Assembly (NCBI GenBank): GCA_001662655.1
Contig: KV460208.1
DNA: 64,000 bases
Strand: one strand, 5' to 3'
Source of the DNA: Pseudogymnoascus verrucosus
Taxonomy: Eukaryota
Position numbers and translations under genes: made by a program. The first letter of the stretch is position 1. Every line of letters begins with the position of its first letter. Under the pieces are notes generated by a model. It worked only from the letters and a program-made list of their open reading frames with translations. It was not told the DNA's origin and did not search any database. Shown here in pieces: positions 48,092 to 60,715 of this stretch.

Positions 48092-48760
48092 ATGCGTACG
48101 GTGACCCATTTCGGTGCCCTCGCGGCCTTTGCTACTGCGACTGCATCAGTAGCGCACAACAGCCGCACCCCGAGCAGAACCGGCCGAGTCAATTGACCCA
48201 TGGCAATGCCTCACAGAGAATCTAACGCAATATTTGGACGTGCCGAAACCGACTGGCAGCTTGTTCAAGGAGCTCCAATCGCACGGCTCGAAGCTGTACG
48301 AGCCTTACCTTGCCGCCCCAACCCTCACAGCATTCTGCCCGTTCCCCGCCCAGTCAAGCTGGTGCGCCTTCACCACTTCTGCGCCGTTAGATGTGCTCCC
48401 CGCATACTCCTCTTATGCCAGCCAGGCGTACTCGTGGTGGTCGGCTCACAGCTCCTCAGTCGTCTCCCTCGCCCAGCAGTGCCCAATCGGGTGGGAAAAC
48501 GCCATACTTATGCATCCAGGGGGCGACATGTGGCTGAACGACACCATTGCCTTTGCTGGGTGCCATGCCGAAGCGCATACTACAGTTGGATCGTCGCCAA
48601 CGGAGCCGACGGCGGCAACAACTCGCTCGGGGGTGGATGTGGGTGGCGGTAGCCCAACTCCGACGACGGACGCGTCGAGTAGTGTTCTTAGCCGCGCGGG
48701 TCCCAAGATGTGATGGCTATGGTCATTGAATTCGCTGCTGTCGCAGCGAACTCTATATAG
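48092..48760 (+). pseudogene. Frameshifted gene for a secreted, Cys-containing, possibly GPI-anchored protein
   Basis: The signal-peptide frame (MRTVTHFGALAAFATATA) ends at a TGA near 48196. The body (DPWQCLTENLTQYLDVPKPTG...CPFPAQSSWC...SWWSAHSS...WLNDTIAFAGC) is in another frame and stops at 48713. A hydrophobic tail (VMAMVIEFAAVAANSI*) is shifted again. Confidence 0.65.
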
Positions 48761-49545
48761 TAGATGGTGGAAATGCTATGGGAGGCGCAACGCTACATGC
48801 AGGGCCAGACTACGTCAATGTATGGAACCCTGATACTCTATTTTATTTCTCAGCAACGAGTGTGCGAATGGGTGTCTGGTCGCGTGGTCTGAAGGAGACG
48901 AGTAGTAGGCAAAGATGGAGATTGTAAATGAAGTCAACACATTTTCTGGCAAAAAAGCATCGAAATAGAATCAGAAAATCGGCTCCCATCCACAATAACA
49001 ACCAAGGAATGGAAGGCACTGTAGGAGGGGATTACCTAATGCACATGTATTTATTACTCCTCCGTTATGTCATGATGGTCATCAAGTCTCGAAAGTTGGA
49101 AATAAATTTACAGACAAGATTGGGCCGCGGCGCTAATATGAACTCTGTAGATACCCAAAATCCAAGCAGGGTTAAACTCTCCTTCTTGGGCAAAGCGCGA
49201 GCCATCATGCGCCCCGAAGATGAAGTTTATGAGTGGTTTTTTTCAATGTGTCGTACTGCGGCAAATTCATTTCCTTAACAAGACCTCCCAACAGTAACAA
49301 AATTTCAGTGACGTCCCCCTAGGGATTGCCGATGTGGTACATCGGGGGATATTGGTTGGTGACCCCCTTTTGAGTAGGATGTAAGAATTAGACGCAAAAT
49401 CTTCTACAACCCCCCCCCCAATTGCGCACGTTCATGCCCCGATATCGAGATCCATTTTGGCGTAGAATCTTCGACAACCCCCCCTAAATCGTGCGGAATC
49501 AAGTCTGCCTGCACACCCTGCCGAAGTATGCTACTGGCGGTGGCA

Positions 49546-49675
49546 GACCATTTTACCACGAAGGTGACTATAGCCGCAGTATCAAACAACCGTCACTATC
49601 ACCACAACATGGAACAACCGTCACTATAGCCGCAACTCCTAACAATAGTCACTATGGTCACAAAACCCGACAGCA
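49546..49675 (+). repeat. 48-bp direct repeat (right copy) running into a degenerate 28-bp minisatellite (4 units)
   Basis: Units: GTGACTATAGCCGCAGTATCAAACAACC / GTCACTATCACCACAACATGGAACAACC / GTCACTATAGCCGCAACTCCTAACAATA / GTCACTATGGTCACAAAACCCGACAGCA. Confidence 0.85.
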
Positions 49676-49950
49676 GTTGCCGATCGGGTATCAACGGTGA
49701 TTTTAACGTTTTCGTTTGCGATACTGACGAACGTATTCAAACATAACCTTTCAAAAGGTCATCAACCGCTAGGCATACCATCATTATAATCCAGATAGCC
49801 ACCAACCAAACAACCAGAGAACTCCGTACAATCCTGTGGCGCCCATGACTCCTTCAATCCAACAGCTCGGCGGTGATTCGACCTGTCGAGGAAACCCGGA
49901 ATACCCGAACAGACTACTACCTACTTCAATCTCCCTCCGGCCTCGTTTCT

Positions 49951-52116
49951 TTATTCCTCGGCACCCCCATCCTCTTCCAACACACCGAGAAGCCCATCCA
50001 GTCGTTCATCCACCTCTTCCTCGCTAAGACCTAAGCACTTAGCCGTAAGCTTCCTATACATCCCCCCCTTCTCCCCCATGCCCACATCAGCCATCGCGCC
50101 CGCATATTCAGTTACTAACCCCTGTCTCCTCCCCTGCTCCTCCAACAGCGCCCTCAGAAGCTCCGCCAAACCCTCCACCCCACCCTCTTCATGTCCATTC
50201 CCATTCGCCATGCTCTCCTCCTGCGCCGCCCCAGCACCAAGCATAATCGCCTGCTGCTGCTCAACAAGACTCACTACTCGCTGCTGCGCATGCGCCAGCT
50301 GGTTCACCTCATTTTGGACCGCGCTGTCATCCTCCTCCACATTCCCCAGCTCATGGATCTGCCGCTGGATCGTCGCGAGCTCCACCTGTGAGCTCTGCAG
50401 GATCCGCTTAGCCTCCCTCTCGCTGTTTTCCCGGTCGAGCAGCTCCTCGTCGAAACTGCGCGCTAGGTCCATGAATTTCTCCGCCATGAGTGGCATCAGT
50501 TTCGTCGAGACAGATTGCGCCGCTTCGCTGTGATGCGCCTCTTTCCGCGAAGCCAGCGCTGAACTGAGGTGTTGGCTGGCGTTAGGAGTCGATTGGGAGA
50601 TGTTGATGTCATGGAACGAGGTCATCTGGCGTTGCGAGTCTGGCGCAAATGGGGACGAGGAGGCGGCAAGATTGCGTTCGCGACGAGTGTTGTTAAGCTC
50701 CTGGATCAGCTCGTCGGCGCGTACGCCTGCATTATTTGGGATGTCGGTGCTGGCTCCGCGGCCAATGAGAGCACGTACGCATTTTCGGGCCTTGTTGGTC
50801 GCGGAAATGTGACACGCAGTGTCACCGTTTGAGTCCTGGATGTCGAGGAGGCGGCGAACCTCGTCCTGCTCGGTTGTCTCGGAGAGCTTGTTGAGCACCA
50901 CGTCAAGGTAATACCTGGCGCAGTGGTGTTTAGTGCGAGAGTGGGTCAAGGCGACAGCGTGGTGAATCGCGGTTGCGCCGTGCGCATCCACGCAGTCAAT
51001 TGTCGAGATCAACTCCTGGACAACGCGGGGCATGGATTGCTTGTCGAGACAGTTTGTGAAAAGGACGGAGCGCATGAGAGGGGTTTCGCCGCGGATATTC
51101 CTGCAGGAGAGATTGGCACCGAAGCGCTTGAGCTGTTTCATCACGTCAATGTCTCCCATGGCACTGGCCCAATGGAGTGCAGTGTGACCATCCGAGTCGA
51201 TCAGCCAGTCGGGCTGAAAGTTTGGAGGCGGCTCAGGGCGGGAGGCAGGTTCGCTGGCTTGGGCGAGCATAAAGTAGTCCAGAAGCTCGTCCGAGTAAGC
51301 CATGTGGTATTGGTCGGACAAGCTCACAGCAGCTTCATCGCGCTTGCGCTTTCGGTGAGCAGTCGAAGGGGCCGAGAGATCGTAGCGATCATCTTCTCCC
51401 ATGAACGACGCCGAAGCTACAGTGGCATCGTCTGGCGTCTCGTCATCGTTGAGTTGCGCGCTGATATTGTCATACTGATCCTCCTCTATCCGAGCTGGTG
51501 CGGGTGCTGGTTCTTGATTGTTAGCCAAAAGTGGTCTGCTAAGCATGATATATTAGAAACTCACTGCTGTGGAACTTGGGCACTGCGGGCTTCTTGGGCG
51601 CCTTCGGCTTGTTCGTCGTATGCTTTGGTGCTGGGGGAGGGCTATCGTTGCCAGGAACGAATTCAAAGATTGTGCGCAACTTCTCATAAATGCCGTTGCG
51701 ATGTGCCAGTTCTTCGCCCTTTTCGAGAGGTACCCATGTTCCTATAGATGTCAGAACCGCGTTTGAATATTTAAAATTGAAAATTATACCTTGGTACTTT
51801 CCGTAGCCACCTTGAACCTTTTCGTGCAACTCTTTCTGAACCTCACGCTCCAAGATTCTCGTTCTGGCAGGCTTATCAAACCCAGCGGCTTTCAGGATGT
51901 GTGTCGCATTGATCCAGTCGTCGTGCCTCCGGCGCATAACATGTTCTTTCAGGTCGACACCGAATTGGAACTCATACACCGGAATCTAGGTCGGTTAGCG
52001 GTTTTCATCGGGAAATTGGGCAAGTTCCAGCGCCGAAGAGCGGCATATAAACGACAGAGACTCACGTTACTGTATGTTGCGCTATACACTCCCGGCCCTG
52101 CGGCACCTTTCACCAT
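49951..52116 (-). CDS. MBP1: MBF/SBF DNA-binding subunit (APSES/KilA-N domain, ankyrin repeats, coiled coil)
   Basis: Exons 52116-52066, 51985-51790, 51741-51565, 51512-49951. Motifs [41 protein letters not shown]; ankyrins [20 protein letters not shown]. Confidence 0.95.
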
Positions 52117-52527
52117 CTTGCTGGCGATTGACGTTTGCGCAGCGCAAGAGCGCTGTCACGCTATGTCGCTGAGTTCTGAGATTCGAGAGAGTCTTGTGGA
52201 GCGCAGACGTCCGGTAGTACCATTAAGTAACCTTGATCCTAATTCACTTCGTAGAAATATCCGCTCTCGGCTTTCCACAGACTGATTTCGCTTCTTGTGT
52301 CGTTCGCGCGGCCGTTCGGTTTGTCGCGGGCAGGGATGATAAACGAACGCGATCAAACGCGTTGTCCGCGGCTTTGACCGCGTTAAGTGTAAATCTAGCG
52401 CTAGTCCACATTGGTAGTAGCGCATCCGCGAGAAACAACCTCGACCGACAAGACGTCTGTATGTATGCCCCGCAAAAGCGAACTACCCAAACCCTCCACA
52501 ACATCGAACGAGGGCCAATTGAGCAAT

Positions 52528-53008
52528 ATGACGGTCGTTGAAACTGTGAAGTCGGCCGTTGGCCTTAGTGATGCGCCTGCTCGTGAGTTCCCCCCGGTCC
52601 AATGGGTCGCCGTGGCGCTGTTTCCGGAGTGCCATGAAGTCTCCAGCGATTGGGAAGCTATGTTTGCTAATGATTACTGTGTGAACAGCTGCGACAAGGG
52701 CCCAGATGTCCGAGGCCAAGCTGCCTATGGCATACAGAGACTCCTGCGCCAACCTCCTCATCCCCCTAAACCGCTGCCGCTACGAGGAATACTACTTGCC
52801 ATGGAAGTGTGAGGTATGTTGAGCAAGGCCCAATGAGTCCATACTTGCTGGGCCTGTTGGATGATGGCATAATGGGGCTTCAGGTGCTGACTAGTTCCTA
52901 CAGACAGAGAGACACAGCTACGAGAAGTGCCAGTACGAGGAATTCAAGAAGCGCGTCGCGAAGATGGATGAGCTCAGAGCAGCGAAGGGCGGAGAGAGGA
53001 GTAACTAG
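52528..53008 (+). CDS. NDUFB7: NADH:ubiquinone oxidoreductase B18 subunit
   Basis: Exons 52528-52582, 52689-52813, 52904-53008. ATRAQMSEAKLPMAYRDSCANLLIPLNRCRYEEYYLPWKCETERHSYEKCQYEEFKKRV has twin CX9C motifs. Confidence 0.95.
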
Positions 53009-53350
53009 AAGTGGGAAGCCCCGGGTTGTGTGGATGGGTGTATATAGACTGGAATGGAACGATATTGATACTTCGGCTACAGTCGGTGGACTTGTGAGTG
53101 AAGGATGGATCCGCTTCGACCCAACTGTGACAGGAAACTACACACCTTCCCATGGAGCTGGATGGAGAGTGCCATAAGGAATACATGCTATGGTGGAGTT
53201 ATTCGATCATATAAGATTGCCGTCGACTAATTTATTAAGCTACTGTGGTAAGTAGGATCTTAATGTATTGCATTCATAAGCTATTATTTGGAGTTCCATA
53301 CACTATTCTACGGCTGATGCTTTATCTGCCCTTGGTATCATTTCAACAAT

Positions 53351-55204
53351 TTACCTCGATGTTCTCAACGGCATAATAAAGGCGGCATCAGAGGGGCCAG
53401 AATCGCGATTCTCTGGAGCCATATTAGCATCCTCCGCCACCTCCCCAGCTGAAAACCCGTTTGAAATCGCCATCTCGGGACTCAGATACTTCGACTCCCA
53501 TCCAGTCGCACTCGTCAACTTGCTCGAGTTTCGGTTTGCTGCTAGGATTGGCCAGTTTAGCGGACCCTCGACTGTTGCCCTTGGATTCAGCTCACCCACG
53601 GATGGCTTCGGATTCAGACCCATCAGTGGCGTGGTCGAGAACGTCCCGTTAGAAAGAAGAGGGCTGACGACGGCGCTGGCGTCAAACGTAATACTTGTGA
53701 GGGCGGGGCTGATTCCATTCGCATCTGGTACACTGGTACCGATACTATTGGCACTGAAAGCTCGCTGATTATGCTGGACCAGCTCCTCATCAGGCGGGTA
53801 TGGTGCCCCGCAAGGCTGCCTCGACGGCGGTGCAACCTTTTGTATATTAAGTCCATCCTCTCTTTCCCTTGTGGACGTGGATTCCAATTCTGGTGGCCCG
53901 TATCTGTTCCTCCCTTCCGCACTTGTATTTCCTGACTGAGCGGCAATAGTCTTCCAGATCCCCGCGGCAGCATCACCACTCCCAAATCCTATCTCCGCTC
54001 TTCCAATCGTTCGATCCACAGAATGTTCCGCATCTGCTCCCATTTCAAATAAGCCCTTGTTTCTATTCTCCAGATTCGCCAGTGCTTCTGCGGTATTCAC
54101 TCGCTTGATAACCTCGATGGGCGAGAAGTAATCTTCTGGATCATTTGCAATCGACCTCGCGACATAACCTGGTGAGTCAGGGTCTGTGTACGTCGGCTGC
54201 GGGGTATCTGGACCGTCATTGATAGGAGAAGGATGGACGGGTTGTTTCTGTGACCTATCGCCGTTTCTTGGGCCACAGCTCGCGTCAATGACACGCTGGA
54301 TTTGGTCGCGGCGCTTGCAGTAGCGGCGGTAGCGGAGGTAAGCAATGATGGCCATAATTGCGAGGGCACAGATTACACCAATAACGATGCCTACAATGGA
54401 GCCAGCAGAGAGCTCTGATCGGGGTTGAGACGAGAGGTTGGAAGTGGGGATGGTAGCGGTCGGCGAGACTGGGCCCATGGTGGACTCCGAGGTTTGGGCA
54501 GTCTTTGATCCCGTGGTCATGGTGGCACCACCAGGAGGAAGCGCCATGGAGCCAATGGTGACCAGGTTCTCGTAGGAGGATGTGTATACGGCTTCTGTGA
54601 AGCTGCAATAGAATATGTGCTGTTTCGCCACGACATTCGTGACCGTAACGCATGCTGGAAGATTGGAGTCTGAGCTATGTCTTGTTAGCACTGGGTACTA
54701 TTTTGGAAGCCAATTTAAAGTATCTGCCGTAAACAAGTCTATTTCGTAGCAGCTACTACCAACAGGAACTGGGGGACTGGGGTTACCGTACCAGCTCCAG
54801 CAACCACCTGAATTTGGATCACATTTCTGGGAACCCTTGGAATCATAGGGAATGCAAGTAGTTCGCGCTGCACATGAGGTCCTGTGGAAAGGTTAGAATA
54901 TATTAATATAATGTGCAAAGATAGGTGCATACGTAGAGCAGCATCCGATGTAGCCGTCGGCCCCAGTATAACAAGTCCCAGATGCCTGTGGACACCAGAC
55001 TTTCAATGTCAGCTTGAACACACCAAACAATATTTAGAACTTACAGATATGCTTCCCATCACACTCATGAAGGGAGTCTATAAGAGCGGAGCCTGTTGGT
55101 GTTGCTCTTGGCAATACTGCGGGAGATGTGATAACACCCGCAGCTGCCCACGAAGCTATCAATACCATTGCCCAAAGGCAACGGTAAACAACCTGAGAGA
55201 TCAT
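53351..55204 (-). CDS. Type I membrane protein: signal peptide, Cys-rich ectodomain, Ser/Thr stalk, one TM helix, long cytoplasmic tail
   Basis: ATG 55204 (MISQVVYRCLWAMVLIASWAAA). Short Cys-rich exons at ~54990-54935 and ~54880-54790 (GYIGCCS, CAARTTCIPYD, GGCWSC); last exon ~54674-53351 with TM IVGIVIGVICALAIMAIIAYL followed by RYRR. Small-exon boundaries are approximate. Confidence 0.75.
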
Positions 55205-55892
55205 GGTTCAGTACATTGGAAGACCCTTTCTTTCACTTCTCTTTGTGGTGGATATCCCTGCACCACGTGCAGCAAAGCATGGAAATGTAGAGGAAGAAAG
55301 GTAGGCGAACAGAGAAGAAAGGTAAACAACAGGTACTATAGGTAGCCTTGATGGTGTCAACTACTAAGCGCGCGTGGCTGCACTAGGGTTTGCTTAAACA
55401 TTGAGGAAGAACAAAGAAAACGCCACGGCTATGGGAAAATTCATCGGGGTATTCTGAGATACGGGGAACATGTCAAGTTAAGTTGTTTTCACCCCCAACA
55501 GACAGCCGTGCGGGACAAACAGCGCCTGCAGGAGGCCGCCCATGCAGGACCAGGCTTCGTTGGTAGCACGAGTCCACCAACAACAAGAAACAACCAATTA
55601 ACTTGACTCTCAAATGTCCGTGAAATGTTGTATATCTATTTCGGTACAGATGTGCTTGCAGCTAAGGACAGAAGCAAACGGGCAGAATGTGCAATTTGGA
55701 CGATATTCTCCGACTGGCAGCTTTAAACACAAATCATGACAAAATTAATATCTGAGAAGGCAAGTGCATATATCAGCCAGTGATATCCCTCTTTGTATGC
55801 TTTCATATTATATCAACGGTGTACGTCCATAATTGGTACCTTATATGTCTTTGGAACGGTGATTTGGATTTTGTACGCAGAATCATAAATAT

Positions 55893-57434
55893 CTAGAAGC
55901 TCACCCGTTCACTGCTCATTGCCGGCTCGCCTGGCGCAATATAATATCCGTGGTGAAGAACAATGGAAAGCTGAACATTATAGGTTGCACATGCCCGTTT
56001 CAAGATTGTCAGAGAGCTGCTATCTGCCGTCTCCCGCTGTATCCCGTCAAGGACGAGATGCCGCAGGTTCGGAACGCAGCCCTCTTTTTTCAACACCAAC
56101 TCTTCAAAGTGCTGCATGTTCCGCAGAAGTGACGTCTCTTTTCTCGACACCGTGTCTATGAACAATCGCAAATCGGCCGAAGCTAGGATATCCTCCGTAG
56201 CTATCGAAAGGAACCCAAGGGACCTAGGCATGATATCGCATAGGCTCGAGTGTTTGATAGGCTTCCCATCCCAGATCAAAAGCTCCAACTTGACGGTCAA
56301 ATGGGTGAGTGATTCAAAGTCCTTCAGAGATCCCAGCGTCTGGTCGATATGGCTGTAGTTCTGGTAATATAAGGTATTAAATCCTCGAGCCAGTTCTAAC
56401 CTAGTCAATGTCTTCTTTGACCTCAGCAAACTCTTAGGCAAAGGCCCTTTATTATATACCATCATCCCCATGTTTCCGAACATATGGTATTTCTTATCTC
56501 CAATCCCGTACTCAAGTATAAATTCCTCAAGCACCTCGCAGGAATCCAGTAGGTACCGCAACGTATCCGCTGACACCATACTCTGTTTTATCACAAGCCT
56601 TTTGAAGAAAAACTGCAAATTTCCCCAGAGTCTATGGCGCTCAGTACCGCCAGCCTCAATCTTTGGATCGACTCCGACGAGTTCGATAACTGATGAGTAA
56701 AGGAAAGGTGTGAGCGACTGTAGTAGGATGGGCCGGCCTGGGCTTTTGGTCTCGAGCGAGAGGTGCGCATGACGATAGTGTGGGAGGATTGGTACGGGGC
56801 CGGGCATTTGGGGGTGAACGCGTCCTGGAGCTTTACTGAGAGCTACGCCGCTCATAAAAAACGTGAAAAAGTAGAAACCGGGATATGTAGGCCCAATTCC
56901 ATTCCAACGGTCCCATTGGAAACCCCGGAGCTTTTCCAAGCCGGAACAGCAGTACAGCATAAGGGAGAAGACGGCATCCCATTGACCCTCGCGCACGTTA
57001 TTATTCCAAGTCTCCTCTGAGCCGGCACCGTCACGTCGGTCTGTAGTATGTAGGATGTTCTTTGCAAATAACTCCTCTGTAAACAATCCCGTCTTGTACA
57101 ATCTGGCAACCAGACTCCTCACCAGCACCCACTCTTCTTCAGAAAAGCAACTGACATCCTCGCGTTCTTGGCCTGGTAACTTGAGCTGCACCTCGATTAT
57201 CAGACTCCCCAGCGCTGGGCTGTGTAGGAGTGTCCGCAACAGTAGCGGGGTACGTCGTGGGTCGTGTGGCGCGTCCTCATGCTGCTGGATAATGCGGTAG
57301 AGGGAGGGCGTTGCAACAGAGCCAAAATAGCGCGAGACACGGCATAGGGCTGCGAGGGTCGCCTGGTCACCATGGAGGTGGTCGAAGATGGAGGAGATGA
57401 TCTCGTTGGGGAGGCCGTCAAGCGCGGGAGGCAT
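55893..57434 (-). CDS. F-box-like protein with a C-terminal LRR-like region, intronless
   Basis: N-terminal LDGLPNEIISSIFDHL...TLAALCRVSRYFGSVATPSLYR; LxxL repeats (LTRLEL, LKDFESLTHLTV, PNLRHLVL). Confidence 0.85.
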   Translation of the reverse strand: MPPALDGLPNEIISSIFDHLHGDQATLAALCRVSRYFGSVATPSLYRIIQQHEDAPHDPRRTPLLLRTLLHSPALGSLIIEVQLKLPGQEREDVSCFSEEEWVLVRSLVARLYKTGLFTEELFAKNILHTTDRRDGAGSEETWNNNVREGQWDAVFSLMLYCCSGLEKLRGFQWDRWNGIGPTYPGFYFFTFFMSGVALSKAPGRVHPQMPGPVPILPHYRHAHLSLETKSPGRPILLQSLTPFLYSSVIELVGVDPKIEAGGTERHRLWGNLQFFFKRLVIKQSMVSADTLRYLLDSCEVLEEFILEYGIGDKKYHMFGNMGMMVYNKGPLPKSLLRSKKTLTRLELARGFNTLYYQNYSHIDQTLGSLKDFESLTHLTVKLELLIWDGKPIKHSSLCDIMPRSLGFLSIATEDILASADLRLFIDTVSRKETSLLRNMQHFEELVLKKEGCVPNLRHLVLDGIQRETADSSSLTILKRACATYNVQLSIVLHHGYYIAPGEPAMSSERVSF

Positions 57435-58256
57435 TGTGAGTGGAAGCTGGCCCACGGATATTTCATAGGCAGCCTCGTTAATAATGGAAATGGTTACACC
57501 TTAGCCAAGGCGTGTTGTTCGATGAAAATCTCTCCCAGACTGGCCTTCAAGTATGACTCCAACAAATGCACCTGGTCATGCGAGACGTCCGCCCACCGAG
57601 TTGGACTACACTCCCAACAACTTCACAACCAAAGCGGATCTAGTCCGAAGCAAACCCCAAAGTTAATTCGATTGACATAAACTCGAATTGGGACTTCCAA
57701 CTGCATTAGTACTCCACACAACTGACGTGGCTGTTGCCTGCGTCGTTAGCGGCGCTTAAGTCGACAAGGCATCCATGGGCTGCACTGGCGGGTTATGCGA
57801 CAGGTCGTACCTTCTCTATCCGGGGCTGAGGCACGAGGCTTGCGTTGGCTAGAGAGAGGCTGAACCTTTCAAACTTTCGGTGAAGAAGAGGTCCAATGTC
57901 GGTCACGCTCATGCAAGGCGTCTTGGGTTGGCTGTGACAAGTCGCCAATTGTATACTTTCCCCCCCGATGCAAGAATCCCCAAGTAGATCAACATGCAGC
58001 GGCCCCCAACAAATTGTTAATTTCTGGAGAAAATAAAAAATTCATATCTATGTACTAATCTGGTAATACAGAAATCTATTCCGTAACGTCATCTATAAGG
58101 AGTGTATCCCGAATCCGCGCCGCAGACGACGGGCAAGCGCCAAGCGCCAAACAAAAATCCAACAGCACCAACACCAACCCCCCATCATCATCTCATACAC
58201 AGCATCTCCACTCTAGGCTCCCTCAGCCGTCCCACCCTTCCAGACCCTATGACCAC

Positions 58257-59194
58257 CTAATCCCTAAGAGCGCGCGCAAACCGGCGCGCGCGGAAGTTGA
58301 ACTCGACCGCGCGCTTCTTCGCCGCCGAGCTCTGCGTGAACGCCACCGAGCCGCCAAATGGCCCAGCCAGCGCTGAGTTCTGAAGCTTTGCGATACATAC
58401 GTTGTTTACACCTGCCACCGTCGCGGAGCACACCATGCCGGCCGGCATCTGGATCTTGACGGGGAAGTCGGTGCTTGTTGCCGTGCTGAGACCTGCGATG
58501 GCACCGGGCACGTTCTGGACTACCTGCGCGCTCTTGAAGGCCGCAGGGTCGGTGCCGCCGGAGGTTCCGTCAACGGCGGCAGTGAGAGGGCCCGCACCAT
58601 CCTGGTTCACTTGGTGAAAGGTCATCGTGAGAGTTCCATCGTCGGCGGTGGTGGGGAGACCGGACTCGGCGCCCGACCCAGCTGCTGCCGCAACGCCGGA
58701 TTCCGATGTGCCCTTCACGGTCTTGACGCCAGTGCCGGTTGCACCCCCAGCAGCTCCACCGCCGGCACCAGCACCAGCACCGGCGCCGCCACCACCGAAG
58801 AAACTAGAGAAATCGACGCGCTTGGACATGTGGGCGTCGCGAGCCGCGATGTTCTTGGCTCCACCCATGAAGTTGGCGACGGCGGCAGCGGCATCGACCG
58901 GTCCGCCACCTGAGGTGCGACCAAGTGCCGAGGCCTTGCTGGTCCCAAGCTCGTTCTTGCGGGTGATGGCCGTATCAGCCTGCGCGCCGCAGCCTGCGCT
59001 GGAGCAGTCACGAGGAGTGCCGTCGATTACTATGACTTGTTAAATGGGTCGTTTGGAGTATGAGCGCTAATATTCTCACCTGTAATGCCTGGCATGACGA
59101 CACCATTAGCGCCTTGAACCTCGGTGATAACTCCATGGCCGTAAACAGTTGGAATGGCGAAAGCGGCCAGGACGATGACTGAAGTAATCTGCAT
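58257..59194 (-). CDS. Secreted Egh16/GAS/CAS1-like (DUF3129) protein
   Basis: Exons 59194-59080 and 59029-58257. Signal peptide then HGVITEVQGANG; DGTPRDC; MTFHQVNQDGAGP; MPAGMVC...C..KLQNSALAGPFGG. Confidence 0.88.
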
Positions 59195-60675
59195 ATTTGC
59201 TTTTGTGAAAGTGAAATGTAATAAAAAGTTTTAATAGATTGAAGCAGAAAATTTATGCGACCGGCGCTTGAGAAGTGAATAGAGTACTGAAAGGGTGGTG
59301 AAGACAGAGAGAAGCGGCTGTGGAGCTGATGGAGAACAAACATTGTGAGGGGATTCTCCTCCCTTTTATCTATCCACGGACACGTTGAAAGTCATGGAGA
59401 ATATAAAATTGTTCCTTGCTACAGGGCAATGGATACATAGCGCCGGCCGTGAATAGCCTGTCACATATATGGGCCAATCGCATTCTGCACTGATACAATC
59501 CCAGGCTAGAAAACCGGCACTTACAGGTGTTTCGATCACCACGCGCTGTGCGGAAACAGGCCGACCGCAAGCAGTGTTTTTGTGACAGCATAATTATCCA
59601 ATGAAGTGTCCTGAAGTACGACCCAGAGGGCTCTCTCCGAAGCTATCTGTTCTCAGACTCAACTCCTTACCGTTTCTAATCATGTTTCTCCAACTGCACA
59701 GCCTCCTCCACAGCCTGAAAGGGATAGGCGGCAACAAAATTCCTACCAGTTGCACCGTTCAGGGACTTTATTCTCCATAAGCGCGGGCGCCAATGCTCGT
59801 AATGTGAGGCTCTACACGTCTCGGATAGGCCCGAAGAGGCCCAGACAGGCCAAGGCTCAAGGCTCCGCCATAGTTTGACAGCAATTGGATTTAGAAGTGC
59901 CGAAGGCCCAGAAGATGACGAGAAGAGAACGAAGGGACGCCCATGCACGTATCTCTGCGCGTATCATAATATCTCTACGCCAGTACAGAGAGATCCGGGC
60001 ATCTAGATGCTTTGAAATTCTGCGTGGGATATCACTGTCCCGGTCTTCCGACCTGTCGACAACCCCCCCCCAACAAGGCACCATGTTTTGCAAAACTCCC
60101 CGCGAGCGCCCCACGGATAGGGCCCCGAGATGCACAGATCTCCGCAAGGTGCCCCGGCGCCACCAAGTAGATCACAAACGCCGGCTCCTAGTTCACACAA
60201 GCTCGGGCCTCGTTTCGAGCAGCCTGGCAGGATATCAAACCTGCAACTGGACCAGCACAGCTCTATTCGGCGCATTCTTTGCAGAAACGCATGATGCCAA
60301 GCTGTCTAGGTTCGCAAAAAGTCCCCGATGTAGAAATACCTTCGAGATGTTGCCGTTTTGGTCGCTGGGAGCCTGGGCGTGATGAGAGCTGCATCGAAGT
60401 CAAAACGGACACGAGACAATCTACGCTGAGGCAGCTTGGCTCCCAAGCTACATGTCATCTCTAGAGCGCTCCCTACTACATTTTGGAGGCCAGTAGCAAC
60501 CAATCGCAACTGAGATCTGATATTAGAGGGCGCCGTACTCTGTTCTTACCTATGTGAGGTTGCGACGTTGGATGTTTCGGTATCGGGAGTTAAACGCTAT
60601 TCCCAAACTAGCTCTGGAAGCTCCAGTATCACGTGAGCAGGATATAAAAAAGGTGTCACGTGATATATGAGTGAT

Positions 60676-60715
60676 GCTTATGGGAAGGAACGATCCATCG
60701 TTCCTTCCCATAAGC
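60676..60715. repeat. Perfect inverted repeat, 19-bp arms, 2-nt spacer; the arm contains the head motif of the 65-bp repeat family
   Basis: GCTTATGGGAAGGAACGAT-CC-ATCGTTCCTTCCCATAAGC. Confidence 0.95.
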
